Shown here: positions 27,979 through 37,329 of the stretch, one piece after another
Layout: each line of letters opens with the position of its first letter
Position numbering within the stretch: position 1 is the stretch's first letter
Virus record (IMG/VR): IMGVR_UViG_3300017766_003039
Coordinates: 2,985 to 66,984 of that record
Length of the DNA stretch: 64,000 nucleotides
Source: a virus
Taxonomy: Duplodnaviria; Caudoviricetes
Direction: 5' to 3' (one strand)
Position numbers and translations under genes: made by a program
The notes under the pieces: model-generated
Databases searched by the model: none
Told to the model about the DNA's origin: nothing
The model's input: only the letters and a program-made list of their open reading frames with translations

Positions 27979-28148
27979 TTGCTCCTCGCGTGATCGTACA
28001 GCGGGTTCGCCTTGCGCTCAGGCAACTTTCCAGGCTTGTCCGCCGCCACGAATTCCTTAGCAACGGCTTGGGAGACGCCACCGGCGCCTCCCTTTTTCTT
28101 CGACGCCGCCCACATCAGGCGACGCTGCTTCTCGCTGACCGGTGGCAC
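27975..28148 (-). CDS. Small basic head-cluster protein (57 aa), missed by the ORF track
   Basis: MPPVSEKQRRLMWAA...GVSQAVAKEFVAAD...NPLYDHARSK*, a recurrent podophage mini-protein pattern. Confidence 0.75.
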   Translation of the reverse strand: MPPVSEKQRRLMWAASKKKGGAGGVSQAVAKEFVAADKPGKLPERKANPLYDHARSK

Positions 28149-28646
28149 TTAGCCGCCGACGCGGGCCACGCAGATATAGTCCCACTTGTTCCCGGACTGC
28201 GAAGCCTGCACCAGGGTGATCGCGGTGGCGCTCACCGAGTAGGCCGGCGTCGAAGTGCCCGGCGCGACCTGCGACGTCGCCACGCAGTAAGGCACCGCGG
28301 CGTAGGCCGTGGAGAAGGTGATCACGCAACCGGTGGCGCTGGTGCCCAGAGTGACCGTGCCGGCGCTGTCGGTGCCGGAGATCGCCGGAGAACCGGTGCC
28401 GCAGGACGTGAGCGCCGGGGTGCCAGAGTGGCCCGAGGCGCCGCCCAGCAGCCATGCCCGCATCTGGGTCAGGGTCGCGTAGACGTTGCCGGCGGTCGGC
28501 GCCGCGTTCGGGATCACCTGGACGACGTCGTTGACGCCCATCGAGACGGGGTTGGGCAGCGTCACCTGAGCGATGGCAAAGCCGCCGCCGAGCAGAAGGC
28601 CGATGGCAGCGAAGGCGCCGAGAATGCGAGTCTTGAGGGTCTTCAT
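28149..28646 (-). CDS. Fibre-tip/decoration-like protein with signal peptide
   Basis: MKTLKTRILGAFAAIGLLLGGGFAIA-Q; PALTSCGTG...GCVITF..AY...PYCV...DYIC. Confidence 0.7.
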   Translation of the reverse strand: MKTLKTRILGAFAAIGLLLGGGFAIAQVTLPNPVSMGVNDVVQVIPNAAPTAGNVYATLTQMRAWLLGGASGHSGTPALTSCGTGSPAISGTDSAGTVTLGTSATGCVITFSTAYAAVPYCVATSQVAPGTSTPAYSVSATAITLVQASQSGNKWDYICVARVGG

Positions 28647-28668
28647 GGTCTTCTCCTTGAACGAAGGG

Positions 28669-29526
28669 CTAGGCGCCGGCGGCCGAGATGCCCATCGACT
28701 GGACGGTCACGGCGGTGAGGCTGGTGAGGGTGACGATGAACCGGCGCGTCACGTTCTGGGCAATCGTCATGGTGCCCGTCAGCGTGATGCCGGTGTTGGT
28801 GGTGATGGTCGCGGTGTTGGCGCTGCCCGAGCCGTTGCGGATCTCCAGGATGTAGGAGAAGCCGATCTGGGCGTTCGGGATGGCAGCCACGACATCGGCA
28901 GCGGCCGGGAACTGGAGATTGCCCGGGGTCGTGCCCGTGTTGATGTGCTCGCAGACGTTGGCGCCGGCGACCGAGGCCGCGGCGATCGTGGCGCTCTCCA
29001 GAGCCGCGGTGACGAACTTCGCGTTCGGCAGGCTCATCAGCGGCACGACGTTGATGCCGGTCAGCGTGAAGGCGCCGGCGGTGTCCTGCTTCAGGAAGAA
29101 GTAGCCGACCGACAGGCCGGGGATGACCGTGAGGCCAGCCAGCGTGACGCCGGAAGCGCCGGCCGCCAAGGTCTGGGCAAAGGCCACCGTGTTCTTGATG
29201 GTCAGCAGGCGAGTGGCGCCCACCGGGGTATCGGCGCCCAGGGCCGCAAGGATCTGCGCGCCCGTGGCCGTCGTGTCGGTATAGACGTCCGTGGGGCCGG
29301 AGCGCGTGATCAGGCCGCCGGCGATCGCCGCCGCGGTCAGGGTGCCAGCACCCACCGTCGTGATGGCGGTGTTCTGCACATCGTTCGAAAGCTCGAAAAA
29401 CTGCGACAGGTTGCCGAGGTTCGTCTTGGCCGACCGAGGACCGACCGTGATGATGTCGACCTCCATGTTCGCCGCAAGTTCATCGGCATCCAGCATGATG
29501 GCGCCAGGAGCAATCGGGTCGACCAT
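28669..29526 (-). CDS. Capsid decoration-like protein with two tandem similar domains
   Basis: Two repeats of the pattern T..AA..AG...T.T...P/T.A.I.AA...G....L.I.N......T..G.G.TL.G. Confidence 0.6.
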   Translation of the reverse strand: MVDPIAPGAIMLDADELAANMEVDIITVGPRSAKTNLGNLSQFFELSNDVQNTAITTVGAGTLTAAAIAGGLITRSGPTDVYTDTTATGAQILAALGADTPVGATRLLTIKNTVAFAQTLAAGASGVTLAGLTVIPGLSVGYFFLKQDTAGAFTLTGINVVPLMSLPNAKFVTAALESATIAAASVAGANVCEHINTGTTPGNLQFPAAADVVAAIPNAQIGFSYILEIRNGSGSANTATITTNTGITLTGTMTIAQNVTRRFIVTLTSLTAVTVQSMGISAAGA

Positions 29527-29541
29527 TCTTCGGTCCTTTCG

Positions 29542-30420
29542 TTACAGAAGGGGAACCGACAGCGTCCGCGCTGCCTGTCCGGTTTCGCTGATACGATACT
29601 TCAGGGCTACATCCGACGCCGGCGTCACCGCCGTGAGGTTCAGCCGATAGAGCACCATGTTCTCAGGCTCGCCAAAGCTGAGCGAAATCGGCGTCGCCGG
29701 ATTCCACTGAGCCAGCGCGCCGGAGCCGCCGATGTTGCAGACGATCCATGTCGCGCCGCCGTCAAAGCTGCGCTCGAGTTGGACCGAGCCGGTCAGGCCG
29801 ATCGCGGCACCGGTGATGGTCGCCGCTGCGTCCACACCGGTCGGAACCGCGCCGGCCGCGGCCAGGGCAAATTCGTAGGGAGTCGGCTGGTCGTTGGGGG
29901 GAGAGGCCGTCGTCACCGCACTCAGGCTGACAGTGCCCTTGATGCCGTTGGGGACGTTGGGAGAAGGCGCCACCGCGGCGACGTCGATCGCCGTCACGGT
30001 CTGGCCCCCGGTCACGCCCAAGCCGGAAACAACCGCGCCCAGCAGGTCGCTGGTATCGGCGAGGTCCGTGATCTTGGCGATGCCGTTGATGATCTTGCCG
30101 GGGAGCGTGACCGTCGGCAGCACCATCTCGATGTCGGTTCCCGCGACGGAGCCGACCGTGGTGCCCCGCGGAACCAGCGAGCTATTGATCGCCGAGCCCG
30201 CCGCCACCGTCGTCGCCAGGACGGCCGACAGATCGGCAGCCGTCGTGGTCAATTCGTCCGTGAACTCTCCCCAGATGGCGAGGTTCATCGGGCCGAGGAA
30301 AGCAAAAGGCTTGGTCGGGCCGAGCGCCGCCAACGTCCCCTGAATCACGCCATTGGCCATGTCCCCGACAAGCGGTGACTTGCCAGAAGCGCCTACGCCG
30401 AGGGGAGCCGGGACGCCCAT
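29542..30420 (-). CDS. Structural (decoration-like) protein
   Basis: C-terminal GSVQLERSFDGGATW...EPE..VLYRLN...YRISE pattern; Thr/Ala-rich central insertion. Confidence 0.6.
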   Translation of the reverse strand: MGVPAPLGVGASGKSPLVGDMANGVIQGTLAALGPTKPFAFLGPMNLAIWGEFTDELTTTAADLSAVLATTVAAGSAINSSLVPRGTTVGSVAGTDIEMVLPTVTLPGKIINGIAKITDLADTSDLLGAVVSGLGVTGGQTVTAIDVAAVAPSPNVPNGIKGTVSLSAVTTASPPNDQPTPYEFALAAAGAVPTGVDAAATITGAAIGLTGSVQLERSFDGGATWIVCNIGGSGALAQWNPATPISLSFGEPENMVLYRLNLTAVTPASDVALKYRISETGQAARTLSVPLL

Positions 30421-30423
30421 ACG

Positions 30424-31200
30424 CTACACTCCAGCCGTCTGGATAACCGGCGGCGCCGACTTGCCGAGCACATGCGTGTGCGTCTGCTCCGGAGCCGAGG
30501 ACTGACCCGGCACGCGCGGATCGTTGAAAATCTTCTTGCTGGGCTCCGCGACTTCCGGCGGGGCGACGTTCGGGCGGCCCTTGACGATGCCCTCCTTGGA
30601 GAACACCCACGGGCTATCCGAGCGCAGCCAAGGCGCGTCCGGCAGGCCTTCGGCAGCGGCGCTGCCAATCGACTGCTGGAACAGGCCAAACACCTGAGCG
30701 GCGTTCTCGTCGTTCGGCACCATGCCTTCGTTCGGCGGCCGGTCCCAGTAGATGACCGTGTCGTTGAACTTCTTGGTGGCATCGTCCCGCCACTGCGGGT
30801 CCACCAGAGTGTCGTCCAGCCACATCTGCGTGCGGATCGTGTAGGTCGGGACGACGCCCCGGGCCCGCAGGTCCACCAGCAATGCCACCATCTGATCGCG
30901 AGCCACCTTGCGGCGCTCGACGACATCCGGCGCCACCATGCGCATCTTGTTCTTGGGATCGCTCGCCTGAACGATCGCCGAGGCCAGATGACGCGCGAAG
31001 TTTTGGTCCGTGTTGCCGCCGCCCGGATCGGCCGTGCCGGCTTCCGCCCGCGCGACGCCCACCGACTGCATCACCTGAGCGGTGATGCTGGCCACGAGGC
31101 TCGGCATCATTTCCGAAATACGGTCTTCGGCCTTGCGGTCGATTTCCGCGTTCTTCTCTGCCAGTTCCCGCGCGATCTGAGCGTTGGACTTCCGGGCCAT
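30424..31200 (-). CDS. Hypothetical head-cluster protein
   Basis: Long ORF downstream of the cement gene with typical codon usage. Confidence 0.7.
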   Translation of the reverse strand: MARKSNAQIARELAEKNAEIDRKAEDRISEMMPSLVASITAQVMQSVGVARAEAGTADPGGGNTDQNFARHLASAIVQASDPKNKMRMVAPDVVERRKVARDQMVALLVDLRARGVVPTYTIRTQMWLDDTLVDPQWRDDATKKFNDTVIYWDRPPNEGMVPNDENAAQVFGLFQQSIGSAAAEGLPDAPWLRSDSPWVFSKEGIVKGRPNVAPPEVAEPSKKIFNDPRVPGQSSAPEQTHTHVLGKSAPPVIQTAGV

Positions 31201-31201
31201 G

Positions 31202-31759
31202 CTAGGCGACCCCGCTCACGGAGTAGTTCCGCGCCGCCTGAGCCGCGAAGTAGTCGTCGCGAGCCTGGGTGACCAGAGCATAGGCGATCGTGCCGGCCGA
31301 GTAGTTGGTGCCGGCCAAGATGTTGAAGTTCAGCCGCAGGAAGCGCGGACGCAGGTTGTCCGGGAACGGCGGCAACCAAGGGATACGCGCGATCTGGCGA
31401 CCGGCGATGCCCTGAGCGGCCGTGATCAGCGGGCCGGCGCCGAGCACCTGGTAGGTGCCGGGCGAGCCGCTGCCGTTATCCGGAGCGGCCTGCAATTCGA
31501 CCTGAAGGATGGGCGAACCGGTATCGGCCACCAGAGCGGTGCCGATCGCCACGACGAGCTCGGGGCGCATATTGCCCTGGCCCATGGCGTCGGCCTGACC
31601 CGGGAGGGTGGCGATGCCGGTGATGTTCTGCACGGTCGTGCCAGCGCCATTGCCCAAGAGGTCGATGACCCCGGGAGCAAGGACATCGACGCCCGCCGCG
31701 GCCACGAGGGACAGCGGCGAACCGTAGGGCACGAAGGCCAGCTTGGAGTCGATCAACAT
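31202..31759 (-). CDS. Bbp16-like capsid cement protein
   Basis: MLIDSKLAF...VIDL...ELVV...LQVELQAAPDN...RFLRLNF; directly after MCP. Confidence 0.8.
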   Translation of the reverse strand: MLIDSKLAFVPYGSPLSLVAAAGVDVLAPGVIDLLGNGAGTTVQNITGIATLPGQADAMGQGNMRPELVVAIGTALVADTGSPILQVELQAAPDNGSGSPGTYQVLGAGPLITAAQGIAGRQIARIPWLPPFPDNLRPRFLRLNFNILAGTNYSAGTIAYALVTQARDDYFAAQAARNYSVSGVA

Positions 31760-31789
31760 GGTCTGTTGTCCTTTCGTGAACGGGGCCGC

Positions 31790-32839
31790 TTAGGAGACGG
31801 CGCTTTCGGTGATCAGGAGGCGATCGCTGACCTTCACCGGCACGCCGCGGAACACATCCTGCGGCCGGCCAGCGGCGTCGTTGATCGTGAGCAGCACGTT
31901 GCGATCGCGCATGCCCTGGGCGTCCATCCAGAAGCGGATGGTGCGGTTGGCGTAGATGACCGGACGCACGCTCGGGGTCGGATCCGTCGGCGAGTCGGTC
32001 TTCATGATTCCGGAGACGCCCTTGCCGAGCGCCGGCGGCAGCATGACCGCCTGCGACAGCAGCAGGAACAGGTCGGGAGCACTAGCGCCCGCGAGACCGG
32101 CGCTGGTGGTGTCGAGGTTGGCGATGCGCACCGCGTTGCGCCAATCCTCGGGCACGATGTTGCCCTGCTGGCGGAAGTAGGTGGTGTAGGCCTCGTAGCG
32201 GTTACCCACGTTGTCGTAGGCCGGGACCGTGTCGGCCTTGTCCTCGGAGACCAGGCCCGCCTTGGAGTTGCGCGGGTAGGTGCCGTACACCGTGCGCTCG
32301 CCCCAAGCGACCAGCCAGAGCGAAGCGTTCGAAGCGCCGACGCCGCCGCCGTTGATCACGTTCACCGCGTTTTGTGCGGTGGCCTGATTGAGCGTGTTGT
32401 AGAACAGGCTCAGGCCCAGGAAGGCGGCCGGGTTGGTGTTGGTGTTGCCGTACCAGAGGGTCTGCTCCCAGGTCTGGCCCATGCCTTCGATGAAGGCGAC
32501 GTCCTCGGTCGTGCGGAACGCCTCGATACCGGACGGGTTGGCTTCGGCCAGCATACGGTCGATCTGGCTGTAGCCCTCGAGCGAGCCCATGCCCAGGCGA
32601 GCCTTGCCGGTGGTCGACTTGCTGTAGCCGACGCCCTGATTCAACTGGCGGAAGTTGCCGGCCGGGAGCGACGTGCGGTAGCTGAACTCATGCCCGAAAA
32701 TCTCGGTGCCTTCCTTCAGCGGCATGTCCTCGACCAGCGCGGTGCTCTGCGAGAGCATTTCCGCGATATACATCTGCTTGCCCGCACCGTCGATACGGGA
32801 GGTAACGTCGGCCAGCGTCGGCCATGCACCTGTCGCCAT
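31790..32839 (-). CDS. Major capsid protein (HK97 fold, BPP-1 Bbp17-like)
   Basis: PTLAD...IAEMLSQ...RTSLP...FRQLNQG...EDVAFIEGMGQ...LWYGN...DWRNAVRIAN...FRGVPVKVSD.L..TE. Confidence 0.93.
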   Translation of the reverse strand: MATGAWPTLADVTSRIDGAGKQMYIAEMLSQSTALVEDMPLKEGTEIFGHEFSYRTSLPAGNFRQLNQGVGYSKSTTGKARLGMGSLEGYSQIDRMLAEANPSGIEAFRTTEDVAFIEGMGQTWEQTLWYGNTNTNPAAFLGLSLFYNTLNQATAQNAVNVINGGGVGASNASLWLVAWGERTVYGTYPRNSKAGLVSEDKADTVPAYDNVGNRYEAYTTYFRQQGNIVPEDWRNAVRIANLDTTSAGLAGASAPDLFLLLSQAVMLPPALGKGVSGIMKTDSPTDPTPSVRPVIYANRTIRFWMDAQGMRDRNVLLTINDAAGRPQDVFRGVPVKVSDRLLITESAVS

Positions 32840-32864
32840 GAAAATTCTCCTTCAGTCTGTGCCG

Positions 32865-33797
32865 CTACCCGCGGCCGTTGGTTTGAGAACGCGGGTGGTC
32901 GTGAAGCGGATTGCCGCTACGCTTGCCCCCTTCGGGAACGAGTTTGACGTCCGTATGAACCGGGACGGACGGCTCCGACAGCTTCCGTTGCGCGCGGTAG
33001 ACCATGCGCAGGAAAGCCGGATTGTCCCCCGCGCCGGTGACGCGGAGAAACATATTGAAATGATCCATGTCGGCCTGCCACTCGGGCGTGCCTCGCGGGT
33101 GATCCGACACGAACTCGTCGCGAAACTGGGCGATCTTGGTCATGGCCGCGTCGTGGCCGGACCCGCCGAGAATTTCGTCGGCCTTCACTTCCGTGCGCCA
33201 GCCGCGGCGCGTGTCGGCCCATACCTGGTGCTGATTGCGCTCGACGTTCTCGATCACTTCCGTGAGCGCGGTGTTGTGCAGATCGACGAGCCCTTGCAGA
33301 TCGCCCGTGCGCGCCATCTGGGCCGCGGCATGGAACTGATCGCGCCGAGCGTCGTCCATCTGGATCGTCTCGGGCAACTCGTACTTGAACTCGATCGGCG
33401 GCAACTCGGGGGCCGGAGCCTCCTCGACCTTCTCGCCGTCAGCCGGCTTCTCTTCGGCCTTGACCTCTTCCACCGGCTTGTCGGCTTCGGGCTTCGCCTC
33501 GGCGGGCTTGTCTTCGGCAGCGGGCTTCTCGCCATCGGCAGGCTTCTCGGCTTCCGCGGCCGGCTTCTCCGCCCCGACTTCCTCGAGCAGCGTGGCGCCA
33601 GCGTCCGGCAATTCCTTGGCAGCGGGGGCTTCGGCAACGGGCGCCTCGGCAGCCGGCGCTTCGGCGGCCGCAACGGGCGCGTCCGCAACAGGAGCCTCTG
33701 CCGCCGGGGCCGGAGCGATAGTCTCGCCGGCGGCCGGCGCCGCAGTATCCGCGGTCACTTCGGCCGACAGAGGAAGCTCGGGCTGTTCGTCAGCCAT
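32865..33797 (-). CDS. Capsid scaffolding protein
   Basis: Acidic Ala/Glu/Pro-rich N-terminus, YELPE, W..EVKAD..LGG, G.GDNPAFLR motifs; directly upstream of MCP. Confidence 0.8.
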   Translation of the reverse strand: MADEQPELPLSAEVTADTAAPAAGETIAPAPAAEAPVADAPVAAAEAPAAEAPVAEAPAAKELPDAGATLLEEVGAEKPAAEAEKPADGEKPAAEDKPAEAKPEADKPVEEVKAEEKPADGEKVEEAPAPELPPIEFKYELPETIQMDDARRDQFHAAAQMARTGDLQGLVDLHNTALTEVIENVERNQHQVWADTRRGWRTEVKADEILGGSGHDAAMTKIAQFRDEFVSDHPRGTPEWQADMDHFNMFLRVTGAGDNPAFLRMVYRAQRKLSEPSVPVHTDVKLVPEGGKRSGNPLHDHPRSQTNGRG

Positions 33798-34189
33798 TAT
33801 CGCTTGCCTTTTGGCTTGGGAAAGTGGGGATGGAATTCATCCATGAGCGAAAGGATCCCGGCGCGATCGAGCGCGGACCACGAGTGATAGAGCCGCTGGC
33901 CGAATTCATGCCGGCCAAGATTGAGCCAGGACCCTTCCGGGTGCGGATGGCCGTGCGGACCGAACCCAAGCTGGATGCTGAACGCATCCGACGCCTCGAG
34001 CAGTCCCCACAGGAACTTGCGACCGATCGGATCAGCAAGCTGCTTGGTGAGCCACGCCGCGAGCTCGCGCCGATCTTTCTCGGCGACGCTTTCACGAGCA
34101 CGCCGCTCGCGCTTGCCTTCAACAGCACTGCGCTGGACGGGCACATCTTCGGGGCGATCGACGGGCGCGTCATCATCAGGCTCGGCCAT
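33797..34189 (-). CDS. Bbp19-like protein
   Basis: LADPIGRKFLWGLL...F...NLGRHEFGQRL. Confidence 0.75.
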   Translation of the reverse strand: MAEPDDDAPVDRPEDVPVQRSAVEGKRERRARESVAEKDRRELAAWLTKQLADPIGRKFLWGLLEASDAFSIQLGFGPHGHPHPEGSWLNLGRHEFGQRLYHSWSALDRAGILSLMDEFHPHFPKPKGKR

Positions 34190-34631
34190 GGATCGCCGAC
34201 TCGGGGATCACGAGACCGCTCGGATTGCGGATGTAGACGGGCCGATTCTCGCGGTCGGTGGGGCGCGCGATCGGCAGGATGGCACCGAGGCGGCCGGTCT
34301 TTGCGGTGCGCAGCTTCTCGCACTCGGCCAAGGCGTCCTTCATCTTCACGCCCATGGCGAGGAATATTTCCCGGGCGGCCCGCGAACGAACCGCATCCCC
34401 GATACGCTGATGGAACCGGGCCATCTCAAAACCAAACCGGGCCCAGCGCATATCGGTGCGCCAATGAGCGGCCTGGCGCGACGCGCCCTCGATCAACTTC
34501 AGATTGTCGACGAGCTTGCGGTAGGTCGGACCCTGAGCGGGCAGCTTTGCCAGATTCTCACAGTGCTGGGCCGCCTCCCGGAGGTTGGTCCGGAGGCAGT
34601 CGAAGATTTCAACTTCAGTGAGTGTGGACAT
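34176..34631 (-). CDS. Hypothetical protein, first gene of the capsid transcription unit
   Basis: No SD upstream; promoter-like boxes just before the ATG. Confidence 0.7.
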   Translation of the reverse strand: MSTLTEVEIFDCLRTNLREAAQHCENLAKLPAQGPTYRKLVDNLKLIEGASRQAAHWRTDMRWARFGFEMARFHQRIGDAVRSRAAREIFLAMGVKMKDALAECEKLRTAKTGRLGAILPIARPTDRENRPVYIRNPSGLVIPESAIHGRA

Positions 34632-34639
34632 TGGGATGT

Positions 34640-34669
34640 ACTATGCGTCCCCAATCCGTCCCCATACAA
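34640..34669 (-). promoter_or_regulatory. Candidate sigma70 promoter (TTGTAT-18-CATAGT) with an 8-bp direct repeat CGTCCCCA in the spacer
   Basis: Repeats at 34646-34653 and 34657-34664; lies between divergent genes. Confidence 0.45.
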
Positions 34670-34732
34670 CATGCAGTAGCGAATAACGGGGAACGGGATT
34701 ATAGTTGAGGCCTGAGCCGGGGAAATTTAGGA

Positions 34733-34948
34733 ATGCCAGATCAGGACGAAACCTACCTCTCCAGGAAAGAGGCTGCCGATTACCTGCAACGTCGGCGCTG
34801 CCATATCTCCTACGCCACACTCGGCAATATGGCCGCTGGGAACAACTCCGGCGGCGGCCCACCCTTCTACAAAGACGGCGGCCGCGCCCTTTACACCCCG
34901 ACCGATCTCGATCAGTGGCGCCGCGGGCGTCTGCGGAGAGTCGAATAG
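34733..34948 (+). CDS. Xis/HTH_17-like winged-helix DNA-binding protein, on the opposite strand inside the head region
   Basis: YLSRKEAADYL...TL...A..G.GPPFYKDGGRALY..TDLDQW. Confidence 0.85.
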   Translation: MPDQDETYLSRKEAADYLQRRRCHISYATLGNMAAGNNSGGGPPFYKDGGRALYTPTDLDQWRRGRLRRVE

Positions 34949-34952
34949 CCCC

Positions 34953-34987
34953 AAAGAAAACGGCGCCCTATGGGGGGGGAGCGCCGT
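34953..34987 (-). terminator. Intrinsic terminator after the portal unit
   Basis: ACGGCGC/GCGCCGT stem followed by TTTCTTT on the - strand. Confidence 0.65.
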
Positions 34988-35006
34988 CGTAGTTTGGGGA
35001 GATACA

Positions 35007-35228
35007 TCATGCAGTAGACGTGAAAGGGCCGAGCGATACTCTGCCGGCCCGTGACCGCAGCATACACCTGGCGGCACCTTTCGCAACGTCGCGCGTTATC
35101 CCCAGAACCGGGAGACCGCCATGACCCTCGCCCCACCGCTTGCCGCGGCTGATCCGCTTGATGCTTTCCTCAGCCTCTTCAGCCTGGGTCTTTTTGGAAC
35201 GGGGATTGTCGTGGAGAGGGTTGGCCAT
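35007..35228 (-). CDS. Small protein downstream of portal
   Basis: MANPLHDNPRSKK... Confidence 0.7.
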   Translation of the reverse strand: MANPLHDNPRSKKTQAEEAEESIKRISRGKRWGEGHGGLPVLGITRDVAKGAARCMLRSRAGRVSLGPFTSTA

Positions 35229-35232
35229 CGGT

Positions 35233-37065
35233 CTAGCTCGGCACCGTGTCGCCGCTCAGCAGCGAATTCAGCATCGACCCGCCGCCAACCGGCGTCTGGC
35301 TCAGCACCTTCGCGGCATCGACCGCCGGCTTGGCCAGGCTCGAGGCCTGCTGCTGCTGCATCGCAAGATTCTCGGCATCCGCCCGGACCTTGTCTGCGTT
35401 CTGCACTTCCGTTTCCGAATACATCGAGTCGGCCGGGAAGTTGTTGAGATCGAGATAGTGGCGCGTGGCCTTGTCCCAATTCACGACGCGGCCAGGATCG
35501 GGGCGACCGGCGTTCTTGGCCGCCAGCGAAAGCTGCCCGACGGTCTGGAAGCCGTCCTTCATCGCCACCGACTCGGCACTCTTCTGCGCCATCCGCATCA
35601 ACGACATATAGTTGATCTTCAGCGGGATCTTCGCCAGCGACGGCGGCATGGGCTTCAGCATCCCGCGGCGCCCCATGATGGCGATCACGCGCTGGAGCAC
35701 CGGGCCGGCCACGTCGTTTTCGAACAGGTCGATCACCGGGCCCAGAACCTGTAGCCGCTCGAGATCACGCTTCGTGAGCTCCAATTCGTTGCGCGGCTGG
35801 ACACCCTGCATCTGGGTGATGGCCATGAACTGCGGGACGTAGAACACATCCTTCAGCCGGGCCTCGACTTCTTTAATATCGGCAGACAAATACTGAAGCC
35901 ACTGCGGCACAATCTCAAAGGCGGGCTCGAAAGCCTTCTTGCCGTTCGACGTGTTCACGAACGTCACCATGCCGGGCATCACCGACGCGGGCTCGTTCTT
36001 GAGCGCGGGATCCGCCACCATCGGCGGGCGCACGCCCTTCTCGATGAACTCGGCCTTGCGATAGGACTCCTGCTGAAGCTGCTTCTGGTCGCCCAGGCCA
36101 TCCATGCCGGGGCCGCGGCCGTAGGGATCGTTGCTCACCACCGACCACCGACCGGCCATGAACGGCTTCTCCATAAAGCCGCGAACGCTCAGGGGCTTCT
36201 CGGACTTGCGGCCCCGCAGCCAGTAGACCTCGCGGTAGGTATAGCGGCCGGATACGACGTCGATCCGTTTGCCGTTCTTTCCCTTGGGGCCGATCGCGAA
36301 GTTGGGCTCGATCGCATGGGCGACGATGAATTCCTGGTCAAGCTGGCCACCGCCCTGCTCCCACAGGCCCTTCACCTGGGCCGGGCAATTCTCCAGCCCG
36401 AACATCTCGACGATCTGGATCACCGTCAGCGTGAACTCGCGATAGAGCGTGTCGACCGAGAACCGCGCGCCGGCACCCAAGAAATACTCGCCCACGCAGG
36501 GCAAGTAGAACCGGACCACGTCCTCCTTGTCCTCGTAGCAGATCAGCGGCGACGTCCCGAAGATCGTCACGTCCTGGAAGAACTGGGCCATTACGCCGTA
36601 GAAATTCGACTGGTGCAGCACCGCCTGGACGCGCGTACCGGTGTCCTGAAGCCACTCCTTCGCCGCCTGGTCGAGCTTCACGTTGCTCAGCGCCGGTTCG
36701 AACTTGAACCACGGCCGCGCCGGATTGGTGAGACCGCTCCACATGCCCGACGCGCACGTCAGGGCCGCCATGCAGCCGACCGAGTCTATGATCGCGTCGT
36801 TGAGGTAATTGCCGCGATTGTAGTTGTTGGCGATGATCCAGGCCTTAGCACGCCGGGGCAGGAAGAACGTCCCCAATTGCTGCCACGTCGCCCACCAGGT
36901 CCAGCGCCACGTCCGCAGGCCGTTCATCCGGCGCTCGAGATGGCTGAAGGTCTGGTCCCACCACTTGGGCTGCTGTTCAAAGCCGCTCGGCAGCGTCAGC
37001 GGCTGGGCCGACAGAAAGTCTGGCCCCATCTCGGTATAGGCGGCCGTGCCGGCATCAAGCGGCAT
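35233..37065 (-). CDS. Portal (head-tail connector) protein, Bbp21-like
   Basis: W..L..F.LPRR...IIDS.G...A.G.WSGLTNPARPWF...SNFY...FGT...RW.....YGRGPG...RP...RLQVLGPV. Confidence 0.93.
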   Translation of the reverse strand: MPLDAGTAAYTEMGPDFLSAQPLTLPSGFEQQPKWWDQTFSHLERRMNGLRTWRWTWWATWQQLGTFFLPRRAKAWIIANNYNRGNYLNDAIIDSVGCMAALTCASGMWSGLTNPARPWFKFEPALSNVKLDQAAKEWLQDTGTRVQAVLHQSNFYGVMAQFFQDVTIFGTSPLICYEDKEDVVRFYLPCVGEYFLGAGARFSVDTLYREFTLTVIQIVEMFGLENCPAQVKGLWEQGGGQLDQEFIVAHAIEPNFAIGPKGKNGKRIDVVSGRYTYREVYWLRGRKSEKPLSVRGFMEKPFMAGRWSVVSNDPYGRGPGMDGLGDQKQLQQESYRKAEFIEKGVRPPMVADPALKNEPASVMPGMVTFVNTSNGKKAFEPAFEIVPQWLQYLSADIKEVEARLKDVFYVPQFMAITQMQGVQPRNELELTKRDLERLQVLGPVIDLFENDVAGPVLQRVIAIMGRRGMLKPMPPSLAKIPLKINYMSLMRMAQKSAESVAMKDGFQTVGQLSLAAKNAGRPDPGRVVNWDKATRHYLDLNNFPADSMYSETEVQNADKVRADAENLAMQQQQASSLAKPAVDAAKVLSQTPVGGGSMLNSLLSGDTVPS

Positions 37066-37068
37066 CGC

Positions 37069-37329
37069 CTAAGCCCCCAGCAATTCTTTTTTGGCCTTGG
37101 CCGTCGTGCCGAGGTTGTCCCCCTGTGACGACGTCTTGATTGTGCCGTCCATCCCCTTGCCATTCCCGGCAGCGGCGGCGCGATAGGCGGCCTGGCCGGC
37201 GACCTGGCCTTGCGCGTCAGCAAACTGCGGAGCAGCGGGAGGCGGCGGCGGGGGAGGAGGAGGAGCAGCCGCCGCGACGTAGGTGTTGCCCCCACCGCTG
37301 CTACCACCCTGGCCGAAAATAAAGCCCAT
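37069..37329 (-). CDS. Small Pro/Gly-rich protein upstream of portal
   Basis: MGF...PPPPPPPPP...GTIKTSSQG...KKELLGA, typical of the pre-portal gene. Confidence 0.7.
   Translation of the reverse strand: MGFIFGQGGSSGGGNTYVAAAAPPPPPPPPPAAPQFADAQGQVAGQAAYRAAAAGNGKGMDGTIKTSSQGDNLGTTAKAKKELLGA

Noticed and set aside
31760-31792. MCP stop is in frame with the downstream cement gene (possible read-through fusion)
   Set aside because: One-in-three chance; TAA stop, and the cement gene has its own SD (AAAGGA).
33400-33780. AEAP/AEKP repeats in the scaffold and poly-Pro in the pre-portal gene (37230-37270)
   Set aside because: Ordinary low-complexity linkers typical of these proteins.
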